Position numbers and translations under genes: made by a program. A DNA stretch of 64,000 nucleotides from a virus (lineage: Duplodnaviria > Caudoviricetes), in IMG/VR virus record IMGVR_UViG_3300047321_000298, positions 1 to 64,000 of that record. The stretch is one strand, 5' to 3'. The notes below the pieces were generated by a model, which had not been told where the DNA came from, did not search any database, and saw only the letters and a program-made list of their open reading frames with translations. Below are positions 62,615 to 64,000 of this stretch, in pieces; within the stretch, counting starts at the first letter, position 1; each line of letters opens with the position of its first letter.

Positions 62615-64000
62615 TCAATCGTCTAGGTCGTCGTCATCCTCATCACGGGCGGGCTTACGCTTCGAACTGCGCTTAGGAGCAGGTTCGTCGTCTTCATCTT
62701 CATCCGGATCGGGACGGCGCTTTTTCGAGGTGCGCTTCGGTGCCGGTTCGTCGTCTTCGTCTTCGTCGTCGCGGGACGCTTTGCCACGCTTCTTGGGCGG
62801 CTCGTCGTCTTCATCTTCGTCGTCTTCATCCGGATCAGGGCGGCGCTTCTTGTTCGACTTCGACTTGGCGCTCACGCCTTCGTCGTCCTCGTCTTCGTCT
62901 GAATCGTCATCCCCGTCATCGTCGTCTTCCTCAGAGGCACGTTTTGAGCGACCCTTGGCTGAACTGGCGCTGCTTGTGCCGGTCTTGCCTTTGCCACGAC
63001 GCGGTTCATCGTCATCATCGTCTTGATCGTCATCGTCTTCATCCTCATCGCGCGATGATTTCGAACCACGCTTCTTGGGCGGCTCATCCTCATCGTCCAG
63101 ATCGTCGTCATCGTCATCCCGCGACGGCTTACCACGCTTTTTCGAAGCGGGTTCGTCGTCCTCGTCATCCTCATCTTCATCCGGGTCGGGGCGGCGCTTG
63201 CTGCTACGCTTGGGGCGATCTTCTTCGTCCTCGTCTTCATCTTCGTCAGATGAACGACGCTTGCTGCGCTTCGGCTGCTCGTCCTCGTCCTCGTCGTCTT
63301 CATCACGCTTCTTCGAACGCTGCTTGCGCTTCGGCTCGTCATCGAGTTCGATACCGGCGCGTCTGCAGAACCCTTCGAAGTCGCGCTTCACTTCCTCGTC
63401 GGTCTGCTCGGTGACCAGGTTCGACGTGTCGTAGCGGAGAAGTGCCAGTTCTTCTTCGGTCAGCGGCGTGCGCTCGCCCAACTGAATCTGGTACTGATCA
63501 GCCGGTGACTTCTCACTGTCGTAGTAAATACGAACATCGCAGCCGTAGGCTTCGTCTGCAACACTGTATGCTTTGCTACCTGACTTCTTCGAACGAACGA
63601 CGTTCAGTCCCTTGAGTTCCTTCACCTTCTCAACGAGTGAAGGGGGCATTGCAAACACCGTCCACGGCGTCCACGTATCGGAATCCTTGTCCTTGAAACC
63701 CGACTCGCGCTCTGCACGCGTGGGCTTCGTCAGAGTTGACGGAGCCTGACGCTGTGCCGAGCGCAACAGGAAGTCCGCATAGAACTTCTTGTTGATCTGG
63801 ATCGTCATCTTCTCTTTCGCTACACCTTCGTCCTTCTCTTTCTGCCAGAGCGCGAACCACGGATCGTAGATCGTGGAATCGAACGAGCCAGATTGCGGGT
63901 CCCACGAGCGAAGATTGACCGGGAATTTCCCCTTGCCGCCGCCTTCCTTCTTCTTGTAATTAACCCAGCCGGTTGCATAGCTGTTCAGTCCGCCATACAG
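62615..64000 (-). CDS. Probable ssDNA-binding protein (gp32-like) with long D/E/K/R low-complexity tail (5' end off window)
   Basis: Frame open to base 64000; aromatic-rich folded N-region, then ~240 aa charged repeats ending DDLDD; adjacent to recA. Confidence 0.55.
   Translation of the reverse strand: MYGGLNSYATGWVNYKKKEGGGKGKFPVNLRSWDPQSGSFDSTIYDPWFALWQKEKDEGVAKEKMTIQINKKFYADFLLRSAQRQAPSTLTKPTRAERESGFKDKDSDTWTPWTVFAMPPSLVEKVKELKGLNVVRSKKSGSKAYSVADEAYGCDVRIYYDSEKSPADQYQIQLGERTPLTEEELALLRYDTSNLVTEQTDEEVKRDFEGFCRRAGIELDDEPKRKQRSKKRDEDDEDEDEQPKRSKRRSSDEDEDEDEEDRPKRSSKRRPDPDEDEDDEDDEPASKKRGKPSRDDDDDDLDDEDEPPKKRGSKSSRDEDEDDDDQDDDDDEPRRGKGKTGTSSASSAKGRSKRASEEDDDDGDDDSDEDEDDEGVSAKSKSNKKRRPDPDEDDEDEDDEPPKKRGKASRDDEDEDDEPAPKRTSKKRRPDPDEDEDDEPAPKRSSKRKPARDEDDDDLDD

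Noticed and set aside
62529-63434. Plus-strand poly-Ser and Arg-rich ORFs
   Set aside because: Reverse-complement artefacts of the GAY/GAR-rich acidic tail.

Overview
This window is part of a large tailed dsDNA phage genome, probably a jumbo myophage. The host is inferred to be a betaproteobacterium (Burkholderiales-like), from the vapBC pair and the prophage-type accessory modules. Layout: (i) 1-17.1 kb, + strand: modular fibre/receptor-binding genes, interrupted by a 5'-3' exonuclease (- strand) and a holin-unknown-GH19 endolysin cassette, ending in a TraR/DksA-like gene. (ii) 17.2-34.6 kb, + strand: about 50 small co-oriented accessory genes, including a GntR DNA-binding-domain-only protein, a CapW/BrxR-like wHTH-only protein, a NinX-like protein and a complete vapBC module with its own promoter. 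(iii) 34.65-64 kb, - strand: an Acb1-like anti-CBASS 2H phosphoesterase, a T4-like baseplate/tail operon, portal, MmcB-like nuclease, putative TerS, RuvC, TerL, RecA/UvsX and a probable SSB with a very long charged tail. Best leads: (1) an oriC-like locus at 37.5-37.85 kb (AT-rich tract plus five co-oriented DnaA boxes, four at 19-20 bp spacing) beside an apparently catalytically degenerate homing-endonuclease-like gene; together with vapBC this suggests DnaA-dependent or carrier-state replication, or a DnaA sink; (2) a possible two-level anti-CBASS strategy (Acb1 plus a sensor-less CapW-like repressor); (3) three intergenic three-way-junction RNA structures and a switchable leader ahead of the tail operon; (4) a promoter family TTGACG-N3-TGTGCA-N7/8-TANAWT; (5) single accessory genes bracketed by 14-20 bp direct repeats centred on start codons. 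No tRNA, rRNA, CRISPR array, integrase, reverse transcriptase or intein was recognised. Family assignments are from motif recognition only; no searches or folding programs were run.
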